From: Dehalococcoidia bacterium
GTDB lineage: Bacteria; Chloroflexota; Dehalococcoidia; Lucifugimonadales; Australimonadaceae
Direction of reading: 5' to 3'
DNA: 64,000 bases
NCBI GenBank assembly: GCA_965116015.1
Contig: OZ220477.1
Span: forward strand, 781,704-845,703
A model generated the notes under the pieces. The model was not told the DNA's origin. It saw nothing but the letters and a program-made list of their open reading frames with translations, and ran no database searches. This document shows positions 43,926 through 53,988 of the stretch, in pieces. The stretch's first letter is position 1. Every line of letters starts with the position of its first letter. The position numbers and the translations under genes are program-made.

Positions 43926-45566
43926 ATGACCCGCTGGAAGACGCTCTCAGCTCTCGGACCTCTCCTGCTGGCGGCCGCGCCGCCCGCGGCTTACGCCCAC
44001 GGGTTCGGCGAGCGCTACGACCTCCCTGTCCCCCTCACGCTCTACATCATCGGGGCAGGGAGCGCCGTCGCCCTGTCGTTCGTCGTCATCGCCCTCTTCG
44101 CCCGCGGCGTCCCCGCAAGCGACTACCCCCGCTTCAACCTCCTGCGCTGGCGTCTGGGACGAGCTCTCGCTGACTGGCGCCTCCTGTTCGTCGTCAAACT
44201 CGCATCCGTCGTCGTCTTCATCACAGCCCTCGTCGCCGGCTTCGCCGGCAGCCAGGAGCCGAACAGCAACCTCGCCCCAACCCTCGTCTGGATCATCTTC
44301 TGGGTCGGCGTAGCCTACGTAAACGGCCTCATAGGAAACCTCTGGGCCCTCATCAACCCTTGGAAGATCCTCTTCGGTTGGGCGGAGACCATCTGGCGCA
44401 GCGGCACAGGACGCCCTCTCAGCCTCGGCGCCGAATACCCCCCGCAGCTAGGCGTCTGGCCTGCTGTCGCCCTCTTCGCCGTCTTCGCCTGGGCCGAAAT
44501 CGCATGGCCAAACTCCGGCATCCCCTCAAGCATCGCCGCCCTCGCCCTCGCATACACCGGAGTGACCTTCGCCGGTATGTTCATCTACGGTCGCGACATC
44601 TGGCTAGAGCGCGGCGAAGCCCTCTCAGTCGCAATGGCCTTCTTCGCGCGGCTCGCCCCCACAGAAGTCCGCGCTCCCGCCCCAAACAAGGAAGCGCAGC
44701 CGGAAGAACAGACGCTCGCCCCCACAGAAGTCCGCGCTCCCGCCCCAAACAAGGAAGCGCAGCCGGAAGAACAGACGCTCGCCCCCACAGAAGTCCGCGC
44801 TCCCGCCCCAAACAAGGAAGCGCAGCCGGAAGAACAGACAGTGGACGACTACCCAGCGTTCGCCTCCGCTCCAGCCCACCGCCGGGAGTGGAACCTCCGC
44901 CCGTGGAGCGCCGGCCTCCTCGTCGGCGAGCCGCTCAGCCTCTCCGCCTCCGTATTCCTCATCCTTATGCTCTCGACCGTCTCATTCGACGGTTTCGCAG
45001 AAACCCCCATCTGGGCGGCGTTCCTCGCCGACTCCTACAGCGCATTCTCCTGGCTTGGCGTCCACGCCTTCACCGGCGTCAAGACATTCGGGCTGCTGCT
45101 AACCCCGGCGGTTCTGCTCGCCGCCTTCGCCCTCGCCGCGCTAGCGATGCGCCGCCTCGGAGAATCAGAAGAGCCCATCGCCCGCGTCATCGGCAGATTC
45201 GCCGTCTCGCTGACTCCCATCGCCCTGGCGTACCACATCGCCCACTTCCTCAGCTTCCTCCTCATCCAGGGACAGCGCATCATCCCGCTCGCCTCAGACC
45301 CCTTCGGACGCGGATGGAACCTCTTCGGCACAGCCGGCTACGAAGTCGCCATCGATGTCGTGAACGCCCGCTTCGCATGGATCGCCGGGGTAGCGGCGAT
45401 CGTCGTCGGACACGTCGCAGCGGTATACGCCGCCCACATCATCGCGGGCCGCGCATTCTCCTCCCCCTCCCTCGCCCTGCGGTCGCAGCTCCCAATGATG
45501 GCCCTGATGACCGGTTACACAATGCTCAGCCTCTGGATCGTCGCGCAACCGATCGTCGCGCACTAA
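43926..45566 (+). CDS. Polytopic membrane protein with N-terminal HGFGERYDLPVP motif and an internal 3 x 21-aa repeat
   Basis: 546 aa with signal-like N-terminus and >8 TM segments. Confidence 0.7.
   Translation: MTRWKTLSALGPLLLAAAPPAAYAHGFGERYDLPVPLTLYIIGAGSAVALSFVVIALFARGVPASDYPRFNLLRWRLGRALADWRLLFVVKLASVVVFITALVAGFAGSQEPNSNLAPTLVWIIFWVGVAYVNGLIGNLWALINPWKILFGWAETIWRSGTGRPLSLGAEYPPQLGVWPAVALFAVFAWAEIAWPNSGIPSSIAALALAYTGVTFAGMFIYGRDIWLERGEALSVAMAFFARLAPTEVRAPAPNKEAQPEEQTLAPTEVRAPAPNKEAQPEEQTLAPTEVRAPAPNKEAQPEEQTVDDYPAFASAPAHRREWNLRPWSAGLLVGEPLSLSASVFLILMLSTVSFDGFAETPIWAAFLADSYSAFSWLGVHAFTGVKTFGLLLTPAVLLAAFALAALAMRRLGESEEPIARVIGRFAVSLTPIALAYHIAHFLSFLLIQGQRIIPLASDPFGRGWNLFGTAGYEVAIDVVNARFAWIAGVAAIVVGHVAAVYAAHIIAGRAFSSPSLALRSQLPMMALMTGYTMLSLWIVAQPIVAH
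44652..44840 (+). repeat. Perfect in-frame tandem repeat, 3 x 63 bp (LAPTEVRAPAPNKEAQPEEQT)
   Basis: Unit starts at 44652, 44715 and 44778. The three copies look identical by eye. Confidence 0.9.
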
Positions 45567-45583
45567 ACCAACAGGCCTCGAGC

Positions 45584-46261
45584 CTAGTACTTGGAGATGA
45601 GATTAGGAACCATCTTGCCCGTCGCCAGATAAACCACCTGCTCGGCGATATTCGTCGCCCTGTCTGCGATCCGCTCAAGGTCATGCGCGGCCCAAAGCAA
45701 ATAAGTGGCGCGCTCAATCACCGTGGGATCCTTCAGCATCAGCAGCAGCAGCTCGTGATACACCTGATCGTAGAGCCGGTCGACTTCGTCATCGTCGGAA
45801 AGCACCCGATGCGCGAGCTCCACATCCCGCTTCACCAAAGCGTCAAGCGCGGAGCGAAGCATCGCCGACGACTTCTCAGCCATCCGCGGAATGTCGACCA
45901 GCGGCTTCACCGGAGGCTGATCCCCCATCATCAAGCTGATCTTGCTGATCCCCTCCGCATAGTCGCCGATGCGCTCAAGCTCCATCGAGATATGCAGCGT
46001 GGTGATCAGCGTCCGCAGGTCGAAAGCCACCGGCTGCTGGCTGGCGATCAGGTCAACGACGCGCTCCTCCAACTCCGCCCGTCGAGCGTCGATAGCGTCG
46101 TCGTCGCGGATCACCTGCCGCGACGTCTCGAGGTCGCGATCCTTCAACGAAGCGACCGCCCCCGCGATTGCCTTCTCGACCATACTCCCCAGGCTAAGCA
46201 AGCCATCTTGCAGCTCCTTCAAAGCCTGATCGAATTGAGCTCGTGGCCGCGCGTTGTACAT
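45584..46261 (-). CDS. phoU: Phosphate signalling complex protein PhoU
   Basis: 225 aa with duplicated ERIGDYA / ERIADRA motifs. Last gene of the pst operon. Confidence 0.9.
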   Translation of the reverse strand: MYNARPRAQFDQALKELQDGLLSLGSMVEKAIAGAVASLKDRDLETSRQVIRDDDAIDARRAELEERVVDLIASQQPVAFDLRTLITTLHISMELERIGDYAEGISKISLMMGDQPPVKPLVDIPRMAEKSSAMLRSALDALVKRDVELAHRVLSDDDEVDRLYDQVYHELLLLMLKDPTVIERATYLLWAAHDLERIADRATNIAEQVVYLATGKMVPNLISKY

Positions 46262-46273
46262 CGCTCCCTCCCT

Positions 46274-47065
46274 CTAGCCAAACCGCCCTGTAATGTAGCC
46301 CTCAGTGCGTTCGTCCTGGGGATTCGTGAAAATCTGATTAGTCTCTCCGACCTCCACAAGATACCCCGCCCGATCCTCCCCCATCGTCATAAAGGCCGTC
46401 CAGTCCGACGCCCGCGCCGCCTGCTGCATATTGTGAGTAACAACAATAATCGTGTACTCCCGCTTCAGATCCCGCATAAGATCCTCGATCGCAAGCGTCG
46501 AGATGGGATCAAGCGCCGATGCCGGCTCGTCCATCAGTATGATGTCCGGCTGCACCGCGACCGCGCGCGCTATGCACAGCCTCTGCTGCTGCCCGCCCGA
46601 GAGCGCCAATCCGCTCGTCTTCAGCCTGTCCTTCACTTCGTCCCAGAGCGCCGCTCTGCGAAGCGACGATTCTATAGCCTCATCCATATTCCCGCGAAAC
46701 CCGTTGATGCGGAGGCCAAACGCCACGTTGTCGTAGATCGACTTGGGGAACGGGTTCGGCTTCTGGAACACCATGCCCACGCGCAGCCGGATCTCCGTGG
46801 GATCGACCCCCGGGGCGTAGATGTCCTCCCCATTGAAGAGCACTTGCCCCTCGACGCGAGCCCCGGGCACGAGGTCGTTCATCCGGTTGAAGCAGCGCAG
46901 CAGCGTGCTCTTCCCCGACCCCGACGGCCCGATAAGGGCAGTTACAGCATTCCGCCGCACTTCAAGGTTGATGTCGCGCAGCGCCCTGAACGACCCATAG
47001 TACATATCAAGGGTCGAAACGCTCAGCGTCGTGTCCGTAGCGTTAGCCGCAGGCGCGCTCGTCAT
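46274..47065 (-). CDS. pstB: Phosphate ABC transporter ATP-binding protein
   Basis: [29 protein letters not shown]. Confidence 0.92.
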   Translation of the reverse strand: MTSAPAANATDTTLSVSTLDMYYGSFRALRDINLEVRRNAVTALIGPSGSGKSTLLRCFNRMNDLVPGARVEGQVLFNGEDIYAPGVDPTEIRLRVGMVFQKPNPFPKSIYDNVAFGLRINGFRGNMDEAIESSLRRAALWDEVKDRLKTSGLALSGGQQQRLCIARAVAVQPDIILMDEPASALDPISTLAIEDLMRDLKREYTIIVVTHNMQQAARASDWTAFMTMGEDRAGYLVEVGETNQIFTNPQDERTEGYITGRFG

Positions 47066-47952
47066 TCCTCAGACCTCCTCTGCGTACGGTTGCGAATGTA
47101 GATCGCCACCGCGTTCATCGAAAGCAGAACTCCCAGCAAGATGATGATCCCAGCCGCCGCGATCCCCCTGAACCCTGCCTGAGGCTGGCTCACCCAGTTG
47201 TATATCTGAATCGGCATCACTGAAAACTCGTCGAACGGGCTGGTCGGAATGAACGTAAGGAAAACCAAAGCGCTGATCGCCACCATGGGCGCAGCCTCTC
47301 CGATCGCCCGCGACATCGCCAGAATCGTGCCCGTCATAATCCCGGGGGTCGCTTGAGGCAGCACTACATCCCGCACCGTCTGGAACTTCGTAGCCCCCAA
47401 GCCGTACGAGGCCTCCCGGTACGTCCAAGGAACAGCGCGGATCGCCTCCCGGGAGGCAATGATGACGATAGGCATCACAAGGAGAGACATCGTGAGCGCC
47501 CCAGCTATGACCGTGCGCCCCATCGAGAGAATCTGAACGAATACGGCAAGCCCCAGCAGCCCGTAAACAATAGACGGCACTCCTGCCAGATTCGACACAT
47601 TCACCTCGATAATGCGCGTCAACCAGTTCTTCGGCGCGTACTCCTCGAGGTAAATGGCGGCGCCTACGCCCACGGGCACAGTGAACAGGAACGTGAGCGC
47701 CATAATCCAGATAGTGCCGAAGATGGCGGACCTCATCCCCGCCTGCTCGGGGAATCGGGAAGGGTAGTCGGTAATGAAATGAAGGCTCAGCCAGGGCGCG
47801 CCCTCCCACAGCACCCGGATCAGCAGCGACGCCAGCCCCGCAAGGCCCAGGAAGATAGCCGCCAGGAAAAAGACGTAGGCGATCGCGCCGATCCGCTTCC
47901 GCCTCCCCAAGCGAGGGTTCAGCTGTTTGGCGAGGTTGGTCATTGAGGCCAT
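47062..47952 (-). CDS. pstA: Phosphate ABC transporter permease PstA
   Basis: 296-aa permease with EAS..LGA motif. Position after pstC. Confidence 0.85.
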   Translation of the reverse strand: MASMTNLAKQLNPRLGRRKRIGAIAYVFFLAAIFLGLAGLASLLIRVLWEGAPWLSLHFITDYPSRFPEQAGMRSAIFGTIWIMALTFLFTVPVGVGAAIYLEEYAPKNWLTRIIEVNVSNLAGVPSIVYGLLGLAVFVQILSMGRTVIAGALTMSLLVMPIVIIASREAIRAVPWTYREASYGLGATKFQTVRDVVLPQATPGIMTGTILAMSRAIGEAAPMVAISALVFLTFIPTSPFDEFSVMPIQIYNWVSQPQAGFRGIAAAGIIILLGVLLSMNAVAIYIRNRTQRRSEE

Positions 47953-47957
47953 CTCTA

Positions 47958-48938
47958 CTAGTACTCCTCACGAAAGCGCCGAACAAGGAAATGCCCGAGC
48001 ACATTCATCCCCAGCGTGAATACGAACAAGAGCAGCCCAACCGCGAAGATGGTGTTGTACTCCAGCGAGCCATGCGGCGTCTCGCCAAGAGAGAGCTGCA
48101 CGATAAAGGCTGTCATCGCCTGAATGCTCTCGATCGGATTGAAAGTCAGCCGCGGAGTGGCCCCTGCGGCAAGCGTCACCAGCATCGTCTCCCCGATAGC
48201 GCGCGAGAACGCCAGGATGAACGAGGCGATGATGCCTGAGAACGCCGCCGGAACCACGACCCGCAGAGACACTTCGAGCCGCGTGCCTCCTAGCGCGTAC
48301 GCCGCATTGCGGAGCGAGCGGGGCACGGCCACCATCGCATCCTCGCTGAGCGACGAGACCATAGGGATAATCATCAAACCCATCACGAGCCCAGCGCTGA
48401 GCGCGTTGAACACAAGCAGGTCCTCCTGAAAGGGACGCAGGGGAATCCGCTGCAACTGCGGCGTAACGAAGGTGAGAGCAAAATAGCCGTACACCACTGT
48501 AGGTATGCCGGCAAGCACCTCGAGAATCGGCTTAATCGTGCGACGCACCCTGTCGGGCGCGTATTCCGAGAGGTAGACGGCGATAGCCAGCCCGGCCGGA
48601 ACAGCCAGGGCGGCGGCAATCGTTGCAACGAGCAGGGTGCCGCTCACAAGCGGAAGAACCCCGTAGTGGCGGTTGCCCTCCGCATCCTTGAGAAGCGGCG
48701 ACCATGTAGTTCCAAACAGGAAGTCCCACAACGGAATCTCGCGGAAGAAGCCGAGCGCCTGGCTGAACAAGCTCGCCACAATGCCGAACGTCGTGATAAT
48801 CGACATAACGGCGCAGGCGAAGAAAAGCGCGTGCACAATGCGCCCCGGAAGGGCGGAGCGCCTGCGGTTCAGCTGCACGGCTTGTCCGCGCCGACGTGCC
48901 TGATATGCGAAGCCATCTCGTGCGGTAGTGTCCATCAC
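47958..48938 (-). CDS. pstC: Phosphate ABC transporter permease PstC
   Basis: 326-aa permease. Position after pstS. Confidence 0.85.
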   Translation of the reverse strand: MMDTTARDGFAYQARRRGQAVQLNRRRSALPGRIVHALFFACAVMSIITTFGIVASLFSQALGFFREIPLWDFLFGTTWSPLLKDAEGNRHYGVLPLVSGTLLVATIAAALAVPAGLAIAVYLSEYAPDRVRRTIKPILEVLAGIPTVVYGYFALTFVTPQLQRIPLRPFQEDLLVFNALSAGLVMGLMIIPMVSSLSEDAMVAVPRSLRNAAYALGGTRLEVSLRVVVPAAFSGIIASFILAFSRAIGETMLVTLAAGATPRLTFNPIESIQAMTAFIVQLSLGETPHGSLEYNTIFAVGLLLFVFTLGMNVLGHFLVRRFREEY

Positions 48939-49091
48939 CAGTTCCCCGCTCGTCTAGTAGGCCGCCGGCCTCTCCCTCTGCGCAGCAGCCTGGCTCGTCT
49001 TAGGGAAGAAGGGAGAAAGGGGGCTGTGGCCAGCCGGGCGGACCCGGTGGGAGGAAGACCACAGCCCCCCAGGAAACAGCTCCGCCAGAAG

Positions 49092-50099
49092 CTAGAGCCC
49101 TGCCGCCGCCTTGTTCGCAGCGTACACGCTCTGAGCCACCGGAACGTACCCCGCCTCGCTCGTCAGCGCGTACCCGTGATCCATGTAGTACTCAACGAAC
49201 CCCTCAACCTCCGCGCGCTCAAGGCTCCCCACGTTCACATAGATGAACAGCGGCCGCGACAGCGTGTAAGAACCATCCTCTATCGTCGACGGCTCAGGAA
49301 CTACGCACCCCTCGCCCCCATCTACCCCAACCACCTTCAAACTCTCCTGATTCTCAAGGTAGTACGCATACCCAAAGTACCCAAGCGAACCCCTGTCTCC
49401 CGCTATCCCCCTTACCAGCACGTTGTCGTCCGCCGACGCCGTGTAGTCCGAACGCGAAACCTGAGACTCCCCATTGACCTCTTCCGTGAAGTAGTCGAAC
49501 GTCCCAGAATCCGTGTCCGGCCCGTACAGCCGCAACCGGCGATCCGGAAACCCAGACCGCACCTCGCTCCAGTTGTCTATCTCCGAACCAGGCTTCCAGA
49601 TCGCGTTCAGCTCCTCAACCGTCAGACACTCCACAAAGTCATTCTCCGGATGCGCCAGAACCGACAAACCATCTGTGCCTATCCGCATCTCGATGTACTC
49701 AACGCCGTTCGACAACGCCGCCTCGCTCTCGCTCGCCTTGATCGGACGCGACGCGTTCGATATATCCGTCTCCCCCACCGTGAACCGCTTGAATCCCCCT
49801 CCTGTCCCAGACACCGCCACATTCACCTGAACCCCCGGCTGTCCCTTCCGGAACTCCTCCGCAACCGCCTGCGTCACCGGAAACACCGTCGACGACCCAT
49901 CAACCTGTATCGTCCCTCTCAGCTCCTCCATCATCACATCCACCTCAACCATCGGCGTGGCCGTAGGCGCAGCCGACGCGCTTGTAGGTGTAGCCGTAGG
50001 AGTTGGCGTGGGATCCGACGCGCACGCCGCAACAAGCAACGCCACAAGGGCTACAGCGCCAAAAGCCAAACCTCTGTGCAAGTGCTTCCTGGGACTCAT
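49092..50099 (-). CDS. pstS: Phosphate-binding protein PstS (lipoprotein)
   Basis: Lipobox LLVAAC, then GSSTVFP and SGTGGG motifs. Confidence 0.88.
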   Translation of the reverse strand: MSPRKHLHRGLAFGAVALVALLVAACASDPTPTPTATPTSASAAPTATPMVEVDVMMEELRGTIQVDGSSTVFPVTQAVAEEFRKGQPGVQVNVAVSGTGGGFKRFTVGETDISNASRPIKASESEAALSNGVEYIEMRIGTDGLSVLAHPENDFVECLTVEELNAIWKPGSEIDNWSEVRSGFPDRRLRLYGPDTDSGTFDYFTEEVNGESQVSRSDYTASADDNVLVRGIAGDRGSLGYFGYAYYLENQESLKVVGVDGGEGCVVPEPSTIEDGSYTLSRPLFIYVNVGSLERAEVEGFVEYYMDHGYALTSEAGYVPVAQSVYAANKAAAGL

Positions 50100-50172
50100 T
50101 GTTCCTCCCTGCTTGGTAGTTCGACCTCAACGGTACGGGAGCCAAGTTAACGCGCGAACTGAACCCCCATTC

Positions 50173-50460
50173 GGCGCCAAGCTCGAGCCCGACTACCCTA
50201 TCAATCTCTTCCCCCTTTGCCGTCAACATCAGAATCGGCGCATCGGACTCGCGGCGGAGGATGCGGCAGACCTCGAGGCCATCCATCTCAGGGAGCATCA
50301 GATCAAGCGCCACGAGGTCGGGAGACGCCGAACGCGCAGTTTCGAGGCCGACGGCTCCGTCCTCAGCGGTAAGCACGTTGTACCCTTCACGCTCAAGGTT
50401 GTACTTCAGCGCTTCGAGGAGAGTCTCCTCATCTTCAATGATCAGAACGGTGCTGCTCAT
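50173..50460 (-). pseudogene. Truncated OmpR/PhoB-type response regulator (receiver domain, first ~96 codons only)
   Basis: MSSTVLIIEDEETL...DLVALDLMLPEMDG...ILMLTAKGEEIDRVVGLELGA, then homology stops. No DDY or winged-helix part follows, and the reading frame runs into pstS. Confidence 0.6.
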
Positions 50461-50541
50461 CCCTCTACGTCCTCAGGCCGCCTGTGTCGCGCCGACAGCT
50501 CGTCCTCGCTGTCATTCTATGGCTCTCCTTGCTACAGCCTG

Positions 50542-50558
50542 ATTAAGTGCTTGTTAAG
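50542..50558 (-). promoter_or_regulatory. Direct repeat CTTAAC-N5-CTTAAT (11-bp phase), OmpR-family-box-like
   Basis: Read on the minus strand upstream of the truncated regulator gene. Function is inferred only from geometry. Confidence 0.25.
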
Positions 50559-50595
50559 AGTCTTCTCCTGGACGCGGGCAGGAGAGCAGAGGCGG

Positions 50596-51228
50596 CTAGT
50601 ACGACTCAGCGCGGCAGATGCCTGCTTCTGGCCCTTGGCTGCCCCGGTATGCCTCCGTGAACTCGCGGAGCTGGTTGGCGTCGAAGCTCTCAAGAGGCAG
50701 CGCCCGTCCCCACACTGTTGCAGCGACCCGATACGTCATATCCGCATAGGAGCCTGCCACTATGCACTGGTTGCCCATTTCCCTCACGAACTGATTCACG
50801 GCCCCAGCCAGCTCGGGGTCGCCCGGCTGGTGCCAGATGACGACCCCCCCATGCTCCATATTGTGGATGACGCGCTCGGGAACGAGCGTCTCGCCCTTGT
50901 AACCCCAGCCGGCGTGAGGCAGGTCGAAATGATGCCCTGAGGTGGGAGGGATACGTCCCGGTATGCCCTCAACCTCCTGATTCCAGACATACGGCGGTTG
51001 GTGCGCCGCGGGCAGAAGCGGAACGGCGTACCCGATCTCTGACCCCTCGCTGCGCAGGAACAGGAAGAGCGCTACGCCAACAGCTATCGCAAGAATCGCC
51101 GCGCCAACGTAGAAGAAGACTCTGTTTCGGCCTGTGCGCTGCTGCGCCTCGGCTCGTCGCTCGCGGGCGGATCGTGCGCGCCGCGATCCCTCTCGGCGGC
51201 GCTGGCGGTCGTCAGGTGTCGTCATCAT
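50596..51228 (-). CDS. DUF3105 domain protein, membrane-anchored
   Basis: Internal start MMTTPDDRQ, one TM, then ...HNMEHGGVVIWHQPGD. Confidence 0.7.
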   Translation of the reverse strand: MMTTPDDRQRRREGSRRARSARERRAEAQQRTGRNRVFFYVGAAILAIAVGVALFLFLRSEGSEIGYAVPLLPAAHQPPYVWNQEVEGIPGRIPPTSGHHFDLPHAGWGYKGETLVPERVIHNMEHGGVVIWHQPGDPELAGAVNQFVREMGNQCIVAGSYADMTYRVAATVWGRALPLESFDANQLREFTEAYRGSQGPEAGICRAESY

Positions 51229-51236
51229 AGATCCAT

Positions 51237-52157
51237 TCAAAAGAGGTTGCGGATGCGCTCGAGCAATTCCCCAAGCGTCAACCAATAGTAGACGATGAAT
51301 GCCCCTGAGATAAGCAACAGCACGGCGCTTGCTGTCCCAACGTAGGGGAGCGTTCGACGCAACGCCCCGACCGCGGCCGTCTTGAACACGGCCATGCCCA
51401 CCGTCAACGCGAGGATAACCGACCCCATCCCCAACCCGTAGAGGAGGAACTGCAGCATCGAGTCGAGGAACGTATCCGCTGTGAACGTCCCTCCAATTAC
51501 CGCAAGGAAGATAGGCAGCGTGCAGCTCAGCGACGCTGTTCCGTAGGCGAGACCGAAGCTGAAGTAGCCTCCTATGCCGTCGCGGTTGGCCCCGCCCACG
51601 CGGGCGGAGAGGCGGACAGCGAGCGCGGTGTACAACTTGCCGCCCGAAAGCAAGTAGGCGCCGACCACAGTGAGAAGCACGCCGATGGCGAGCCCTATCC
51701 AGCTGAAGAAGCCAACCAGCCCCCGGGCGCCGAGTCCTATCGGAACGCCCACCGCCGCGAACATCAATACGAATCCCGCAGTAACCGTCGCCCCTACGAG
51801 CAGCGCTCGCGAGAGCCGCCACAGAGCGCCGCGCTCCTCCACATCCTGATCGCCAAGGTAGAGACCGAGGTAGGCAGGGAGCATAGCGAAACCGCACGGG
51901 TTGACCGACGACACCATTCCTGCGCTGAACGAGAAGCCGAACGGGAAAGCGTCGCCAACGCGTGAGAGGATGTTCCCAGAGCTTGCCGAGGCAGACTCGA
52001 CATTGCTCGTAACGACGCCAAGCTGGGAACCCGTGAAGATGGCCCCTAGAACTGCTGCGCCGAGTGCGGCAACGAGCGCCGCTATCGGCCCCCACACTGT
52101 CCAATCGCGCCAGTCGCGGCTGCCTGCGGTCGCCTGATTCATGGCCTCCCAACCCAT
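51237..52157 (-). CDS. ccdA: Cytochrome c biogenesis / thiol-disulfide transporter CcdA (DsbD family)
   Basis: Polytopic, with SSVNPCGFAMLPAY and SLSCTLPIFL Cys motifs. Start may be the internal MNQ. Confidence 0.75.
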   Translation of the reverse strand: MGWEAMNQATAGSRDWRDWTVWGPIAALVAALGAAVLGAIFTGSQLGVVTSNVESASASSGNILSRVGDAFPFGFSFSAGMVSSVNPCGFAMLPAYLGLYLGDQDVEERGALWRLSRALLVGATVTAGFVLMFAAVGVPIGLGARGLVGFFSWIGLAIGVLLTVVGAYLLSGGKLYTALAVRLSARVGGANRDGIGGYFSFGLAYGTASLSCTLPIFLAVIGGTFTADTFLDSMLQFLLYGLGMGSVILALTVGMAVFKTAAVGALRRTLPYVGTASAVLLLISGAFIVYYWLTLGELLERIRNLF

Positions 52158-52241
52158 ACACTACTGTAGCAGCAAGAGCCGAAACGCCGCTAGCGGAGAG
52201 ACAGGGCGGCGGCGCGGCGCCGCGCTTAGCCGGACAGGCTT

Positions 52242-53318
52242 TCAGCGCGCGGGGGAGTCTGGCAGCGTCCTCCAGACGTAGCCAGCGCCGGGAGCGACCG
52301 AGAGACGCCACGCCGCCGGAAGCGCTGCGCGGCCGAATCGGCGCTCAGCCTCCTGGGACAGCTCCGCGTAAGCAGTCGCTCCTCCCGGCAGCTCGAGGAC
52401 GAGCGTACGGCGCAGACCGGCGTCAATCGATCGGAGCAACCTTGCGTTCCCGTCAGGAGTGGGCCACGCATCAATGTCCCGGGACCGAGCCCCAGCTATC
52501 ACACGCTCGCCTTCCGCAAGCTGCAGGCCGGTCGCCTCTATCGCGATTCCCGACGCGTCGATAGCGGCGACACCCTCCTCTATTCCCATGACTCTCGCAG
52601 GGAGGATATTCCGAACGCCCATAAGCTCGCCGACTCTCGGCGACGCTGGGCGCCCGAACACCTCGTCGCGGGGGCCCGACTGCAGGATGACGCCATCGTC
52701 GAGCACGACCAGCTGCTGAGCAATCGAGTGCGCTTCGGCGAGATCGTGGGTGACAAGCGCTGTCGGCGTGGCGACGCGCGATTCCAATTCGAGCAGTTGC
52801 TCGGTGAGCACAGCGCGCGTAGGCGCGTCGAGCGCCGAGAAAGGCTCATCCAGGAGCAGAAACTCCGGCTCGGAGGCAAGAGCCCGTCCGAGAGCAACCC
52901 GCTGTCGCTGGCCGCCGGACAGCTGCGCAGGCCGCCTCGCTTCGAGTCCGCCCAGACTCAGCGCTTCGACTAGCTCCCCAATGCGGGAGCGCGCCAAGCG
53001 CCGGCCGCCCCGCAATCCGTAGGCGATGTTCTCCTCAGCCGTGAGATGAGGGAACAGCGCGTAATCCTGGAACACGAACCCTGCGCGCCGCTTGCGGGGA
53101 GGCACATTGACGCCAGCAGCTCTATCGAACAGCACACTGCCATTGCAGGTGATCCTTCCCGAATCCGCTCCTGCCAGTCCTGCAATTGTGCGCAGTGTGA
53201 GCGTCTTCCCGGACCCCGACGGGCCAAGAATGGCCAATGTCGCTCCCTGCTCGACGCGCAAGTCTATAGCGACGCGAAACGAACCCGCCCGTGCCGTTGC
53301 TACAGCTTCTAGCGCCAT
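52242..53318 (-). CDS. modC: Molybdate ABC transporter ATP-binding protein
   Basis: Internal start MALEAV. GPSGSGKT, LSGGQRQRVALGRA, LLLDEP and a C-terminal TOBE-like region. Confidence 0.8.
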   Translation of the reverse strand: MALEAVATARAGSFRVAIDLRVEQGATLAILGPSGSGKTLTLRTIAGLAGADSGRITCNGSVLFDRAAGVNVPPRKRRAGFVFQDYALFPHLTAEENIAYGLRGGRRLARSRIGELVEALSLGGLEARRPAQLSGGQRQRVALGRALASEPEFLLLDEPFSALDAPTRAVLTEQLLELESRVATPTALVTHDLAEAHSIAQQLVVLDDGVILQSGPRDEVFGRPASPRVGELMGVRNILPARVMGIEEGVAAIDASGIAIEATGLQLAEGERVIAGARSRDIDAWPTPDGNARLLRSIDAGLRRTLVLELPGGATAYAELSQEAERRFGRAALPAAWRLSVAPGAGYVWRTLPDSPAR

Positions 53319-53977
53319 GGCAAGCGTCTGCCGCGAGCGGCGAGTCCCACAGCGGCAAGCAATCCAAATGCCGAGAGGGTGAGCGCTATGGCGAGCGCCT
53401 GCGCCTCGGCGGCATCGCCTAGCTGCACCGCTTCGTAGATGGCGATGGGCATCGTGCGGGTGCGTCCCGGAATGCTGCCAGCAATCATCAGGGTCGCGCC
53501 AAACTCGCCGACGGCCCGCGCCAGGCAAAGCGCTACGCCGGCCATAACCGACCGCCACGCCATGGGCAGAGTAACCGTGAGGAACAGGCCCAGTTCAGTC
53601 CTGCCCAACGTGCGCGCAGCATCTTCGAGATTCGGGTCGACTGCTTCGAACCCCGCTTGCGCTGTTCGAACGAGGAACGGAGCTGACACAAGGAACGCGG
53701 CGAGAACCGCCCCGCTCCAGCCGAACACGAAACTAAACCCAAAGGCCGCATCGAGCATCGACCCGATGAGCGAGTTCCTGCCAACCGCCTGCAGCAGGTA
53801 GTAACCCAGCACGCTAGGAGGCAAGACCATAGGAATCAGCACGGCAGTCGAGAGCGCGTCGCGGGTCAGGCTGCGCCTGCGCGAAAGCCACCAGGCAAGC
53901 GGGATGCCCAGAAGCGCCGCGAACAGAGCGCTCGTGAGACCCACCTGAAGGCTTAGCCGGAGCGCAATCCAGTCCAT
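53309..53977 (-). CDS. modB: Molybdate ABC transporter permease
   Basis: Internal start MDWIALRLS. EDAARTLG motif and GEFGATLMIAG. Confidence 0.8.
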   Translation of the reverse strand: MDWIALRLSLQVGLTSALFAALLGIPLAWWLSRRRSLTRDALSTAVLIPMVLPPSVLGYYLLQAVGRNSLIGSMLDAAFGFSFVFGWSGAVLAAFLVSAPFLVRTAQAGFEAVDPNLEDAARTLGRTELGLFLTVTLPMAWRSVMAGVALCLARAVGEFGATLMIAGSIPGRTRTMPIAIYEAVQLGDAAEAQALAIALTLSAFGLLAAVGLAARGRRLPWR

Positions 53978-53988
53978 CCGCTCTCTAT

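Noticed and set aside
49945-50460. Full 171-aa ORF as an intact response regulator.
   Set aside because: Only the first 96 residues are receiver-like. The remainder is nonsense that overlaps the pstS start in another frame.
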